Positions 1-14,012 of a DNA stretch of 64,000 nucleotides are shown here, one piece after another. The DNA is from Azolla caroliniana (lineage: Eukaryota > Plantae > Polypodiophyta): assembly GCA_043228905.1 (NCBI GenBank), contig JBHGNT010000011.1, forward strand, positions 10,106,001 through 10,170,000. Direction: 5' to 3'. The position numbers were made by a program, and so were the translations under genes. The notes under the pieces were generated by a model. The model was given only the letters and a program-made list of their open reading frames with translations. It had not been told where the DNA came from and ran no database searches. Each line of letters begins with the position of its first letter. The first letter of the stretch is position 1.

Positions 1-1039
1 AGGATAACTAACTTCTAACCACGAAGGACTGTCCGAAAGCATAGTATCTAAAATCAATCAACATTATATATACAGAATGTAATCTTTTGAGATGACAAGA
101 TATGAGCCTTATAGCCATAATCTATGAAAGAATTCAAGTACTAATAAAGTAAGAACTATATGTTAAAACATTTCCCATAGGAAAACGTTAGATAAAAAGT
201 TAACAAAGGAAAAGTCCAAGTTAAATCATGTGGGCCAAGTGGTAGTGCCTGTTTAGCCTTCATTGTGCAAGAAACCTTAAATGAGGGCACTTTAAAGTAA
301 AGGAAATCTGACAAAGCTTTCTATTATCATATGTAAAAAATATATGAAACGTTTAATTTGTGTTATCATAAAAGCCTCAAGATCAAATCTCTCTATCTTA
401 TTGTACCAAATTATTTCAACCAAATTCTTCTTCTTGACTTTTGTCCATCTCTTAAACCTCCCACGCACAGATCATATGCACAATTGCAAGATTACTTGCT
501 TAGTACAAAGTTTCAGGATTTAAGGATTAAAGAGGTATAAGGTTTAAACTTAAAATGTGCTTATAAGGGAAGAGGAATATGAGAAACCCTTGTAAATGGC
601 TCATACTTTCACCTTTATACTTTAGGAAAATGTACATGTTTGTATATTTACCTTTATATTCTTTTAGAACCGAGGGTTTTCCTAGAGGTACCTATATCTA
701 CTAGGAGCCTTCATATCTTCAACCATTTACATTTGTTGTGAGATGTTAGGCCGGTATTTTAACACCATCGAAGCTATCTTAGAAGCATCACCTAGCGTTG
801 CCTATTGCACTCTCTCATCGATAGGGAAACAAGCTAAACAATAAACCTTCAATCAAAAGTTGTTGACTATCTAAGACTTGACTTAATTCTTCCCTTGGCA
901 CCAAATAACAAGTCTCAATCAATGTGGCATCAGTACTTATCTTGATGTTTTGTGCAAGATTGCTAGACCATAGATTGCAGCTTCCAATCCAAGTTCATCC
1001 TATGCTCCAATGTTATTAACCAAATGTATGGTAATTGAC

Positions 1040-2330
1040 TGGGGTTGCATATGCCTTGAATTGTGACTTGTGTTGACAAGAAACAGGATCCAAACTATGC
1101 AAATTCTCGCACGACCAAGAAAATACATCCTTATATTATTTGATGAGGTACAAAAGTTTATGGTGGAAGGGTTGCTAAAAGGCCTTTATAATTTGAACAA
1201 GATGAAGGTCATCCTCCATGCTCATGTTTATCTCCTCGAAATCTATTTCCTATATTGTACACATGTATTTCGCCATCAAATGCATTGATCGACTTTCTAA
1301 TTGCATTGGCCAAACATTTAGAGCTCATTTCCTATGTCAAAATTGTGAGGAGAGGCTTGAATTATGAGATATTCAAGTATTGCGTCACTAGTTGTCAGAG
1401 GCTTAGCCTTCTCGGTTAATAGTATTGTGGGGCAACTTGCAACACGTCAATCTCAAATAGTGAGGTGATTTGGGTTTGATCTACCATGTATCTTTGTATT
1501 TTCATATCCTCTAGCTCATCCAACATGTTGATGGGTGGTCATCTTGCCGCATCACAGTCTTGGGCCTTGGCCGTGGATAGCTTGACTTTGGTTTTTTCCC
1601 TACCAAAATGACACCAGTTGGTGGTGTCAATTATGCTTGATTTTGGTTGTGTGCAATAAGATTTGCCCAATAATAGTGTGGAAATGTTATTGTCAATCAC
1701 ACAAAGAACAAATGTCAAAATGTTGAAGGGGTAATGGCTCACATACTTTGAGAGGGATTAAATTAGGTCAAGTAGCTCCATCGAGTGTCTATCTACCATT
1801 CATAGGCGACATGAACCTATCATTCATTTCTCAAAGACATCAACCTCATTGATCTAAAGGTTTGGTATTGAAGAATGATTATCAAGCAATATGGGGGCAT
1901 AGAGGGGTTCCTGAACACCACATTCATCAAGACATTCTTAAAGATGGTCGATGGCACCATGGGTGTAATACTTCTCGAGAAAAACAATTGTACATGAAAA
2001 CATGGCATGAGGATCTGAAGACAATTAAGAGGTAAGGTTGGAGAACTAGAGAAACATTATTGATGTGAGACCCAACATTGGAGCACAAGGGAGGAATTTT
2101 ATCAACAATGCATATTTTTCCTTCGACAGGTTCTCGAGTCAAAGGATCACATTTTGTTATTGTCCTTCACCTTCGATCACAATTGGATTTGCTTTTTATA
2201 CATTATCGATCCAACCCAATCACTACACACATTTCTCTCACAATATGATAATCAGTCCATGCCACACACACTGTGCAAAAATGGTTCACCTTTGTTCCCA
2301 TAGGTTCAATTTCTAGAGCATTGGTCTATC
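1040..2330 (-). pseudogene. Highly decayed Ty3/gypsy gag-protease-pre-RT remnant, related to element A
   Basis: Minus-strand translation of 1067-1150 gives LIK*YKDVFSWSCENLHSLDPVSCQHK, matching LLKEFRDVFAWSYEDMRGLDPQLYQHQI of element A. ORF 1539-1742 has the protease-end motif TLLLGKSY. Many stops; boundaries approximate. Confidence 0.55.
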
Positions 2331-5300
2331 TAATCGAACTCGATAGAACTTAGCTTTGTTACATGTAGTGGAGTGTGCCAACTCCCACACATCAAAAGCC
2401 CTCAACTTGGAAAGGCATCTCTACATTTTTGTCACAAAGCTTTTGTCTATGGTGTATGATATTATTGTATGTATGGATCAATTAGGGGATTTTAAGTAAG
2501 CCTACCAACCCAAGGATTTTGAAAACATCACATGACATAAAAAAAACATTTCGAAAAAGTCATAGAACTCAAAATGGAAAACTTTTACCCACAAACATGG
2601 ATAGGGAGAGATAAATCCATTGTCCATGTACAAGCAAAATTGTGAAGTGCTAATCAAAACCAAAACATAACATTTCTCATAATTGATGTGGTATATGCAT
2701 AATTATATAATGGTTGCAATCAATAGTATAGATTCTTAGATGATAATAATCTATAATGTAGGTTCTAGCTAGTGGCGAATAAGAAGGGCAGTTTCATGAT
2801 TTAAAAACAAATGGCACATCATAAATAAATGCAAAATGTACCAAATATTTTATTCTTTCATGATCTTGGTCCTCCCTGGATTCCACTAGTATAGAACAAC
2901 ATTAAATTGTTTTAGATAATGGTCAAATTTGGATTTCTTGTTTTATCTATAATGAAGTAATTAAAATAGCTTGAATCAATGAGATCATCGTAAAACTTAT
3001 GAAGGTTTCCCGAGTTTCTAAATTCTTATGTATGAATTGAAATTATTGTTTTAATTTATTTATTTTAGTTGCCCAATGCTTAATGATCATCAATATTGGT
3101 ATGAACTACAATTAGAACTAGGTACTCTTTAGCCATTGTTGACCACTTTGCTCTGGCAATTGTCTACTTACAATTCTTTGAGTTTCTATTTGTTGGCGAA
3201 GAGCATGAAGTCAATGGAATGGCCAAGATGAAATGTGATACCCTAATGTAATGAACAAAACTTTTGAATAGAATCCAAGAAACATTTAGTTTTACACAAC
3301 ACAAGTTGCTAGCATGCCCCACGTACCACATACATACAAATGCTCATATAATCCATCTATATATAGCTCTTTAAGGTATTCGAAATGATTGTTTTGGGAG
3401 TGACTTTCCTCCCAAGTATCATCATAAAGATTTACACAAATTAGATGCATAAATAAGAGAGTGGTTATAATTTGCAATGCAATCATTTTGGGAAGGTTTC
3501 ATGTGCATTGATTAATCAAGAAGAGTGTAATGTATTGTGACATATTTGAACATCTTTCTATAACTTTATATAGTTTTTTACCCCATTGGATTACATCGCC
3601 TTTCTATAACGTTGTGTTGGGTTTTTATTCAATCTCATATTTGTTTTTATCAAAACAAGTTATAGAAAAAATATGTTGCATTTTCTATAATATACTGGAT
3701 TTATAAAAATGTGTTTGTTGTACACATAACACATCTAATACACATGTATGTATGTTGTATGCTTTTATAAATATATGTATAGCTCAAACATGTACACATA
3801 TATGAGACGATGTTTGTATCAATGAATATGTGTGTGCTCCCTACAACAATGACATGGATTGAACTCGTGGTCATGGTTCAACTTGCCATTCTCGGTACTA
3901 CAATTGTATTGAGGTTTGAAAGAAGTTTGCATGTATGTGTATTTGTATGCATGACACAATAGAAATGCACATACTCATTTGATATGACATACATGTGGAA
4001 CATGCACATGTATACACATATGATATTATGTGTGGAATGTATGTTGCATGTGTGTACTACAAACACACACATACATGCATCTTATGTATGTATGTCTATA
4101 CATGTATGTGTGACAATACATTGATACACACACCCACGTTTATGTATATGTGTAACTATGGTTACTATGTATGCGAGACCAACCTACACATAATGTGTAG
4201 ATAATAAGAAATTTGTTGCATATGTATGTGTGTGTCTGATAACTATGAATGACACATGAGTTTTTTAGGCATGCTACTAGTTCGTTAATCAATTTATGTA
4301 AAGCATACCATCTAGGACTAGTAAAAGAGATCCAATGGTATTGGGTATACATGCAACACGTGGGGTTTGGCATGCATGGCACCCTGGGCCCCAAAACACA
4401 CACACACACTTGTAATTTATGTATCTAGCTTTTCTTCATTATTCATTTTGTGTAATCCTAAGATATGTTTGTGTATGTGTGTTATGTGATCCTAATATGT
4501 GTATTTTGTCTTGGGCTCTATCTTCTCTTCAACAACATTTATTATCATATGACCACATCATTTGATGGTTCTGCCAAAACTTGTTTTGTGCTAGACAACC
4601 AACATTGTCATGTGCTTAATTATGAAGGGTCAAAGCTAACACCTCTTTCTTCGAAAGGTCTTGCCCGCCAAATGAAAAGAAAAAAAGATGTTAGTGCATT
4701 CCAACTAGCCGATACGGATGCTTTGAGCCATAAATATCTACAAATCCATTTTGTCATAAAAGAATGTGCCAATCTTCAATTTTCCCAACCTTTACTACAT
4801 ATGATCTCTTTTTAAACACCATTCAATGACTCTACTTAATGTTCACTACCTAAGCTTCCCTATTTTTTTAAAACTACACTAGTGTCTTTTTCTTGTAACT
4901 GTTGAAAGTTAAAAAAAGGGGGCAATTTTTACCATACTATCTCAATTTAATAAGCGCTCCCTTATTGATACTATGCATTAGAAATTTCACGCACGCATGC
5001 TAGGGCCTAAATGTGTACCTATTTTGCCTGTGAGGACTAGCGAAAAATGCATCTTACACTCCACTCAATAATAATTACTGAATTCAAAGTTTGTTGTGCT
5101 TCAGTAATTAGAACCAAGTGCCACGACTCGAAGAAAACCAAATGTGTGTATCGCATTTTTACTAGCTAAATTTGTTGAAAACGTGTAATCAAATTTTTTT
5201 ACCACATTTTAACACGAAAAACGTATTTTGTTCCTTTACATCGAAACCAGCTCAAATTCAAAGATATGGGTGCCTAGATATATTTTGATCAGTCTAACGA

Positions 5301-6569
5301 AATGGTTTTCAGATAGCCATGTAGGTCTCGTCAAGTCATGATAGTTCACCTTCTTGGCATTTTTGTCCCTACGACAATTTACATGAAAATATATACACCT
5401 AGACGACTTTGATGTGTCACACACAATAGATATTTTGAGAGTGGTGCCATCTTGTCAATTTCTTGTTTCATCTTGAGATAACATGAGTATATTCTAGTTC
5501 TCCATATGATGTCATGCAATGCTCTTTATATGCACACATGTAAAACATATCTACATATATATACATGCAAGGTTTGTCACATGCTTTTCTTGCCCTCTTT
5601 GGTATGGTTAAAACTAACTGAGCGATATAGATAATGTTGTAACCTCGATTGTGAACATTTGTATGTGAAAGTTTTCCATATTTGCAAACAAAATTTATGA
5701 CAATGGTGGGTGACTTTCCTCCTATACGTATATGTGAGTTTGCTAGAAACTCTACACTAAGTCGATAGTTTAGGGGCCCAAGGCTACAAATGAAATTGGT
5801 GAAAGTGAGCCTCAAAAACCTTTCCACTCATATACACACACATTAGTAACTACATGCTTTATTATCCATATTTTATCTAGATGTTCGTCAAGATAGAAAA
5901 CCGATGATTGAGGGGTTTTCCTTCCTATTTCATTCATGATGTATGGGTTGGACAATCAAGTTGTTGTGTAAAGGAGACTAGAATCTAGACACACTCATCT
6001 AAAGTTGAATGTATCACTTCTTTTATGTTGTATTAAAAAAAGACGAGGCATAAAAAAGAATCCCTTCAAAGAAAGATCACCCTTATCAACGTTGGTTGGT
6101 TGTCCCCATTTCATAAGACTCATCTTGAATAAGGACACACTACAAAAGATATTATCAAAGATTGTTTTCAAGAAGCATGGCACCATTCTAACAAGGTATT
6201 ATCGAGTTCAGCTCCTTCAATTTACTAACATCAATAATTAGTGTAACCTTTCTTCAAAGGTCATACTCCTGCCAATCCACTTGATGATATGAATAAAATC
6301 TCACATTTCTTCAAAAGTTAGGTGGGTTGGTGTGCAAATGCACATTTCATGTGTTTTTTTACTTTCCTTCCATAAAACTTAAAACCCACCTCAAGTTCTT
6401 TTGAGGGAGTTGTCACATCTCTTTTGTTACGAGAACCATTGAGAAAAAGCAAACACTTATTTTGTTCACATATTGCATGTAACGGTCTCTTATTATACGC
6501 CTTTTTAACTTGCACAAAGTTACCAATTGATTGTTCTTGGCATGCCATGTTTCTAACCACATGGTCGCG

Positions 6570-6711
6570 TGGTATTCCATTTTTTAAATTGGGTAGCCCA
6601 CTTTTGGCAACAAAGTTTGCCCATGTACATAGCAAACTCATGGTATTCCATTTTTTAAATTGGGTAGCCCACTTTTGGCAACAAAGTTTGCCCATGTACA
6701 TAGCAAACTCA
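6570..6711. repeat. Perfect 71-bp tandem duplication
   Basis: TGGTATTCCA...GCAAACTCA occurs at 6570-6640 and 6641-6711, identical by eye. Confidence 0.95.
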
Positions 6712-8010
6712 TTGGTAAATCTAAATTTTTTTGCATGCTAAAATCTACTAGAGGTACATGTTTAACAACAAAAAAACACAATGTTGGTGATTGATGAAAT
6801 CTCAACTTCTAAGTTCATGAAAGTGCCACCATTAGTGCACATCCAATCAACACCGGAGCATTTTGGTGATCCATATTCAATCTAGGTATCCAAATGTATA
6901 TGTCTTTGGAATTTGGAGAGTATGTCATAAAAAATGAGAGAGGCTATGATGGTTCATTGATGATATAATACAATCCACAGCTTTTTGGGGGAGAAAGCAT
7001 GTATGTGCATGCAAGTGCAAGTGCACACATGTGTGTAGGTGCAAGGGTTCAAGCACACCGCAAGAATCTCGACAATATAGAACAATTAATTTCATATACA
7101 CTTCTAAAAATATGTAAACCATTTCAATCCAGTTTGCTTAAATTAGTTAAAACAATGTTTTAAAGATATGGAAGTAGACTTGGATCACTAGGGCCTTGGG
7201 TGTGTGGACAACTCCACTCGAGAGATATGTGTGTTATATGTGGAGCCAGTTGTGGTTTCTGTTTTTATAAAGGGTCAATTGTCATGTCTCTCTTTGCATG
7301 CACCTACGTACGAACACATACAAATATATAACAAATTTGTTTGCAACATTCGTGATCATTGAATTATAAATTTGTGACTTGGAAGGAGCTAGTAGTTGGA
7401 TTATCATTGACATTGCAAAAACAATATGTTGGAGAAGCCATTATTAGGTTGTTTGAAAAGAGGAGAGAACAACCTTCATGTATTGCATTCATATTAATTC
7501 CCACAAAAAATAGAGAGACAAACAGTTATAAGAGCATTTGCATCAAAGTAATGCAAATGCAAATTCAAATTGTTCCATGCTTGATTGATAGCATGACTAA
7601 GCAAACTCATTTGTAATGCTAGCTCGCAAAAATCCGATCACTTTACTTACAATGCATCAAGACGATAGAGAATGAGATACACATATATATGTAGACCAAA
7701 ATTCCATCCATTAGGTGAATGATATGAAAATCAGACCGACCGTTTCTTACCGAGGAGGTAAAGAAATGCGGGAAACAAAGCTTTGGTTTAAATACAATCC
7801 GAATAAGATTCATTCATGTCTTCACGAAAGGCTTAATGAACTTCTTACCAAGGGGGTAAAAATGCCTGAAAAAACAGCTCCGGCTTCACTAAAATCGATG
7901 TATACGTTTCACATACGGGGGGCCGACCGTTGTACGCCGCAAACTCAACAAAACATTGGAAACAAGGCCGGAACCTTGGAGGTAGAAAAGGAATCATTCA
8001 TTTCTTTGCT

Positions 8011-9351
8011 TTATGAAGCAATGATGCTTAACACATGATGATTATGATGATGATGAGAGAGCAAATCATAAGGTGCCCACAAGCTGTCCAATGGGCAAGG
8101 TGTTTGGGCATCAAGTCTCATCCAAGGTTTTCCCTTGCCACTCCAATGCAACAAGCTAACGGGTCCGGGGTGCAATGGCCGGCACCGGCCTTCGATGTTG
8201 TCTCCGCCGAGCCCGTGTTGGTTCCACCGATGGTCCACCTCCTTCACATTGCCCCCGAACACCAACAAGAAGGGCGGGAGCGAGCCGAGCTCATAGATCC
8301 TCTCTTCTTGTTGGACCTTCATCCACCTCTCGATCTCTCGCGAGAATCCATGGCTCCTCCACATCTCCAAATCCATCACCATAACACCTGTATTGAAGTA
8401 GCAAGGCTTTCTCTTCCCCTTCATTACATTCCTCCTCATCCTCATCATGATCATCATCTCCTTCTTCTTCTTCTTCTTCTTCATGTCGCCGCCATCATCG
8501 TCGGAATTTATGGTGTTCACTGCAATGCTAGGGTTATTATTGCTGCCATTGAACACTTCATTTGCATAATTGGCCCAAAATGCATCCCTAAAGTACTGAG
8601 TGAAATTAGCCTGGCAATACTCAGGTGCCCCCAGGGGATGAGACCCTAGGCTAATCCCCCAAAGCTTCACAATGTCGTCTACTACAATCAAATCTGAGTC
8701 CAGATAGATCACCCTCTTGATACAATGTGGCAACATGTCAGCTATGTAAGTCCTTGCATAGTTGAGTGGCTGCTCCAATGCCTCCCTGATGGAGCTAGAA
8801 ATCTTGTCTTTCACCAATGTTTCATCGAACCTGTAGATTCTGAACCTCAAGTAAGGGAAAGTAGATGTGATGATGGAGGCCAGTGATTCTTCAGAAGCGG
8901 TGGAGAGGAAGTGGAAGGCTAGGTTCTCAGGGCATGCGGAATGCTTCACTATAGAGAAAATGGCTGCCACAGAGCCTCGCAAGTAGTTCACATCTAATGT
9001 CATTGCAATGTGGATGGAGGTAATGTCACATAAGTCTTGAGATTGAATCATACTACTAATGTGATGAGGATCTGCACCCTCATTAGTATCATTATCGTGA
9101 TTGTGGTTACGAGTATATGGAGATATACATTCTTTTCCGTTTCGGAAGGCCGGTGCTTCCCGGAATCTGTCCAGTTTGGGAGTTTCCTGCAACGAAGAGG
9201 ATGGGGGCAGAGTAGTAGTAGTGGTAGAAGAAGAAAGATCAGAGTCTAGATCAAAGAGTATGTATCTAGTTGCAATGGATAGTGGAGAGAGAAGAAGACT
9301 GAGAATTAGAAATGAAATGCAGATGTGGGCTGCGCCTAAAGCAATGCACAT
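8011..9351 (-). CDS. GATL: Galacturonosyltransferase-like protein (glycosyltransferase family 8, GATL clade), single exon, 446 aa
   Basis: N-terminal signal anchor, FREAPAFRNG, HIAMTLD..YLRGS, LEQPLNYAR, DxD motif YLDSDL, CYFNTGVMV, IYELGSLPPFLLVF, RWNQHGLGGDN and LLHWSGKGKPW are all GATL hallmarks. Uninterrupted ORF. The specific paralogue cannot be assigned. Confidence 0.95.
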   Translation of the reverse strand: MCIALGAAHICISFLILSLLLSPLSIATRYILFDLDSDLSSSTTTTTLPPSSSLQETPKLDRFREAPAFRNGKECISPYTRNHNHDNDTNEGADPHHISSMIQSQDLCDITSIHIAMTLDVNYLRGSVAAIFSIVKHSACPENLAFHFLSTASEESLASIITSTFPYLRFRIYRFDETLVKDKISSSIREALEQPLNYARTYIADMLPHCIKRVIYLDSDLIVVDDIVKLWGISLGSHPLGAPEYCQANFTQYFRDAFWANYANEVFNGSNNNPSIAVNTINSDDDGGDMKKKKKKKEMMIMMRMRRNVMKGKRKPCYFNTGVMVMDLEMWRSHGFSREIERWMKVQQEERIYELGSLPPFLLVFGGNVKEVDHRWNQHGLGGDNIEGRCRPLHPGPVSLLHWSGKGKPWMRLDAQTPCPLDSLWAPYDLLSHHHHNHHVLSIIAS

Positions 9352-9670
9352 GATGTGTTTAGGTTGGATGGATGGATGGTAAGTAGATCAATTCCTTTTA
9401 GAGGGAGGGGGCTCTTCTCAGATTTTAGTATGGAGACGAATGGTTAAGCATGATACACATACATATATGTATAGAAAGAGGAATTTGTGGGAGAGAGAGA
9501 GAGAGAGAGAATGGGAAACAGAGGAAGAGAAGGGTACTCTGCTTCTTCTTGGTTACCTTCTTTTAGAAGAGAATGCAGAAACAAGAGAATGGAAGGAAAT
9601 GGAAGGAAGGAAGGAAGGAGGCGAAATGCTTTGCCTGCTGCTATGGAAGAGAAACAGACAACATTTTATT

Positions 9671-9671
<1 letters not shown>

Positions 9672-9713
<42 letters not shown>

Positions 9714-9774
9714 CTAGAGTTGCCTTTAGGTGTGTATTTTAGGGTAGAGAGACAGGCACAGAACAGGGGCAGGC

Positions 9775-9809
<35 letters not shown>

Positions 9810-9824
9810 TCTTCTTCTTCTTCT
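9672..9824. repeat. (AG)20 at 9672-9711, (CT)14 at 9779-9806 and a (TCT)n run in the GATL 5' flank/leader
   Basis: Read directly, 320-470 bp upstream of the GATL start codon; a shorter GA run lies near 9490-9510. Confidence 0.9.
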
Positions 9825-10564
9825 CCTTCTTCCTTCCTCCTTCTGCATCATTTTCCTCACACAAAAACAGTTCCAAGGAAGATGAAAAAATAACTCACTC
9901 TTTCCTCGAGTTTGAATTTCTCCAATGTGACCTAGAAAAATAAAAATTAAACAAAAAAATGCAAATTCATACATAACACGGACATGTATGGTATGTATGC
10001 ATAGTATGTATATTATGTTATGTTATGTTATGTTTAGGGGTACTTCCCATGCTCCACACCATCATCATAATTTGTTGGCAAACAAAGTAGCCAAACAACA
10101 CCCCGTTTTGACTGACCCTTGGGATATGTATCTGTTGGTTTCGTCCTCTCCCTCACGCTGCTACACACTCATCGTCCCTCCCCTCCCTGCGAACCCCATT
10201 GAAACTGAGCATGTTTTCTGTTTTTTCTTTTCTTTTTCCCAAAACAATTATCCTTCCATTAGTTGTATAAAAAGGGTCATAACAGCTACAACATACAAAG
10301 TCCCCCCCCCCCCCCCAACCCGTCTTGTGAAAGACACTGGTTGAGGAAACAAATCCAAAATAGAGAAAACAATCCACTAATTGTAAGCTATTCCTTACAC
10401 ACAATGCAAGGTATCATATCCATAGACAACAACCAAAGTACTTATATTTGGAAACAAGCCCTCACAAGTCATAGTTATGAACCTTTCAATACTTCTTCAT
10501 CCTACTCCTGTCTATTGCAGATTTGAAGGCGATCCAATACATTCTACTGTCAACTCAACAAATA

Positions 10565-11350
10565 TGCTTCCTCTTTCCACATCAACCATCTCGCCGGTTA
10601 CCACCAACTTCCTGTCATACAACAACACATTAAGTCATTTTTCTCCTCTCCTCATGAGCTTATGGTTCGGACCCCACCCCATCATCACTCATCCTTATCA
10701 AAAACCTACAAATTGCTTCGTGAAGTTCACATCAACCATCTCGCCGATTACCACCAAATTCTTGCATAGAGACAATAAAATGAGTTTAAATTCCTCATCT
10801 TCTCATGAGAATATGCTTTGGCCTTCACACCATCATCACTCATCCTTATCCAAACCATGAAATTTGCTTCGTTAAGTCCACATTAATCATCTCGCCGAAT
10901 ACCATTAAAACCTTCTACACATACAACAATACAATGAGTCTTGTTTCCTCATCTCCACACGAGAATATGCTTCACCCCCCCCACCCTCATCACTCATCCT
11001 TATCAAAAACATACATTCTTCTTCATCAATTCCACATCAAACATCTCGCCGAATTATCGCCAACATCCTGTACATACAAACAATTAATGAGTCTAGTCTT
11101 CTCAAAAGACCATGCTTCAGCCCCCACACCACAATCACTCATCCTCGTCAAAAAAATGAATTGTGCTTCATAAATCGACATCAACCATCTCACTCACGCT
11201 GATTTACCAACAAAATCGTGTACCTACAAAAACAAAGTAACACCACTCTCCTCGTCTGCTCATTAAATCTGTTATAACCCTCAACGCCTTCATCACTCAT
11301 CCTTATCCAAAATTAGAAGATGCTTCATTTTCCACATCCAACATCTCACC
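10565..11350. repeat. Diverged tandem array of about 150-bp units (5 copies plus start of a sixth)
   Basis: Motif ACATCAACCATCTCGCC (variant) recurs at 10579, 10729, 10880, 11034, 11178 and 11334; ATCACTCATCCT recurs in each unit. Confidence 0.9.
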
Positions 11351-14012
11351 CTTGTCACTCCCCACGACTGCCCCTATCACATCCGCCTCTTTTATGTCCT
11401 TCCTGTCAAGCTATAAGAAGAAAAAACTATATACCTCACAATTATCTTTGAAATAAGAAAGGACTAGGAGGAGAGAATAGCCAACATGGTGGAGCATAAT
11501 TCCAACGATCTTCATGTGATTCATCCAACCAGAGAGGTATTGACCACCATATTTTACGAAGTTTTTGCCTTTTCTTATGCACCTTTTCCGGTGTTCCTTT
11601 AATACTATCATTCTCCCTTAACTGTGTGCACCAAGTTGTCCCAAAACATCTTAATCATATCCACCACATTGTACTCGATGCCTTCATATTTCTTGCTGCA
11701 ACGACACTTCCACCACACCCATTAAGCATTAACTGAAAAAATATTCCAAACAAAAGAATTTCTAAAATATTTACCACCAACAATGTTTGGACGGACTGCT
11801 TCAATTGTATTCTCTGACATACGTTGAGCATGTTTTATGTTGCATGTTTGTTTGGCAACTTGAAAGCGAACGTGAATGTGTTTGCTTATAGTTTTCCCGA
11901 AATGGGCACGACTGTGATCTCGATTTCCGATGGTTGTGTGACATATCGATTCAGACTTTTGGCTACTCATCTTTACAGACATGAAGATTCGTTGTTCTTG
12001 GACAGCACATGACCTTCAACCATGTGACTATTCCAAATGTAAGACATCCTCTTGCCTTAGGGTACACTCGAATTTTTAGCCAACAAATGGCTTACCCACA
12101 AACTTGTCCACCTATATTCCACATTTCTCACTATTGGAATCTGACTTATAGTTCCATTAATGTTGGAGCAAGTACTTGTATTAGTTGTCCTAAACCCATA
12201 ACACAATGGCGAAGTTAGACGGAAACACTTTAGGATTTGTCTCATATATATGTAATCAATGATCTCGTTTGTTTTTTGTTTGAAACTTTTGGCAACAGGG
12301 TTATGTACTTCCACAATGAACATCAAAAGCTCGAATGCTTAATATTCCTTTTGAAAAGTACATAATTTGTAATCACTTTCTTTTTAATGGTTTTTAAATA
12401 CGACCTTTGATTAAGCGATAAATATGCCATTTTAGTCGCAATCGCATGATTGTGGCAGAATCAAATCCATTGTCAAGCATGTATTATATTATGTCATGAA
12501 ACATATAACCAAGTAAGCTTAATCAAATATTTTTATAATTATGCTACATATGTCATTCTATTAATCCATTGATGAAATTGGGTTGATGCTATTTTTATGT
12601 TGCCTTGAGCATAGTTTATGTTGATGCGGTGCAGTTCTAAACGTAATTCCAAGTTTGATATTATTTCCATTTGTTCATAAAAAATGTTGGAAGATGTATA
12701 TAGTTAGGTCTTTTGTTAAATGAGAACCTACCAAGTAATGGTTTACATCCATATGATGGTTTTGAAATAGCCAAAGTACCTATCCTAATAAAGGGTCATT
12801 GAAAAATGAGGACCAATGAGGAGGTAGGGGGCAAGGATGATACTCTGGAGAGAAAATTTGAGATTATAATCAAGAAGTGTTGGATGTGATAGTGTTACAA
12901 AGATGAGGAGAGGAGTTTGTGTAGATGTCATAGTAACCCCCTACAATAGTCAACATTGTTGGCGACCATTGTTCTTTCTCTAGAGTGGAGTAAACTCTTG
13001 TTATATTATTTTTGGGCGCCTAAGGATGTTCTTTGACTCTTGTTGTTCCCTTCTCTTTCTTAGTCTTATTCTTCGTCTCCTCACATACATGAAATTGTTG
13101 CTCTTTGTTATGGATTTTGACCTTGTCGGTAGAAATTAGAGATATCCTATGCATATTTTCCTTGCATTATAATGCTTGGGAGGTATAGCAAAAAAATGAG
13201 GATAATATTTTCCCCTTTGAATATGGGTCCCACTTGGACCCACGCCCATTTCTAGGATCATCTTCATTTCGTTAAACACAACAAACTTATCCACCTAAAG
13301 ATCATGCACTCCTCTCAATGAGAATGTTAATTCAAGGTACTATCAAAAATGTATGAAGTTGTGATTTTCATGATCTGTGCACTCAAATTAAGAACAAAGC
13401 ATTTTCTCGCGTACAATCTATTCAAACTTCAACCGACAAAAGATTTTCTTACAAACTTCTCCATTCAAAGCCACACATTTTTGGTTATGCAAAACAAGCT
13501 TGGAGCTCAAAATATGTTTTGACAATCGTGAATACACATATTTAGCTTGCAAAATATTGGTAAATGTTGTTGTCTCTATTTCTAGTGTTGTTTCCATCTA
13601 TGAAGAATGGATAGTTGTTCTTCTATCAAGGTTTTGCAAATTCTAAGTTGTCTCTTGTAGTGTAAGAACTCGGGGAAATTCATGTAACTTATTTCTCCTT
13701 AATAGAATTATTCTTATTAACATCCTACTATTGAAATGTACTATTTACAATTATGGCTATCAACTAAAATAAAATAATCAAACCACAAGACCAATCATTG
13801 AGTCTTGGACCTATGGATCAACTTTTTCTCCAATGGTATAATAAGTCTCAAAACATTAAAATATGAGTTCTCTTAGTATATAAACTCGAGAGACAGACAT
13901 GGATATCATAGTATGCATGACGTTAAAGTGTATCCTCCCAAGTTAGGACATGCCCACACAACATTGGTTTATTAGATTACATATTATTACTAATATTAAC
14001 ATGTTGGGACTA

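Noticed and set aside
3700-4500. Short Cys/His/Tyr-rich ORFs
   Set aside because: Products of TG/CA/TA low-complexity sequence.
8405-8565. GATL insertion as an unannotated intron
   Set aside because: Purine-rich on the sense strand, no convincing donor or polypyrimidine acceptor, frame preserved, and GATLs are typically intronless.
8035-8649. 204-aa plus-strand ORF overlapping GATL
   Set aside because: Antisense shadow of the GATL frame; low complexity and no recognisable motif.
11400-13700. Possible decayed transposase or gypsy coding remnants
   Set aside because: Coding-like composition, but no motif I can identify with confidence; needs tBLASTx.
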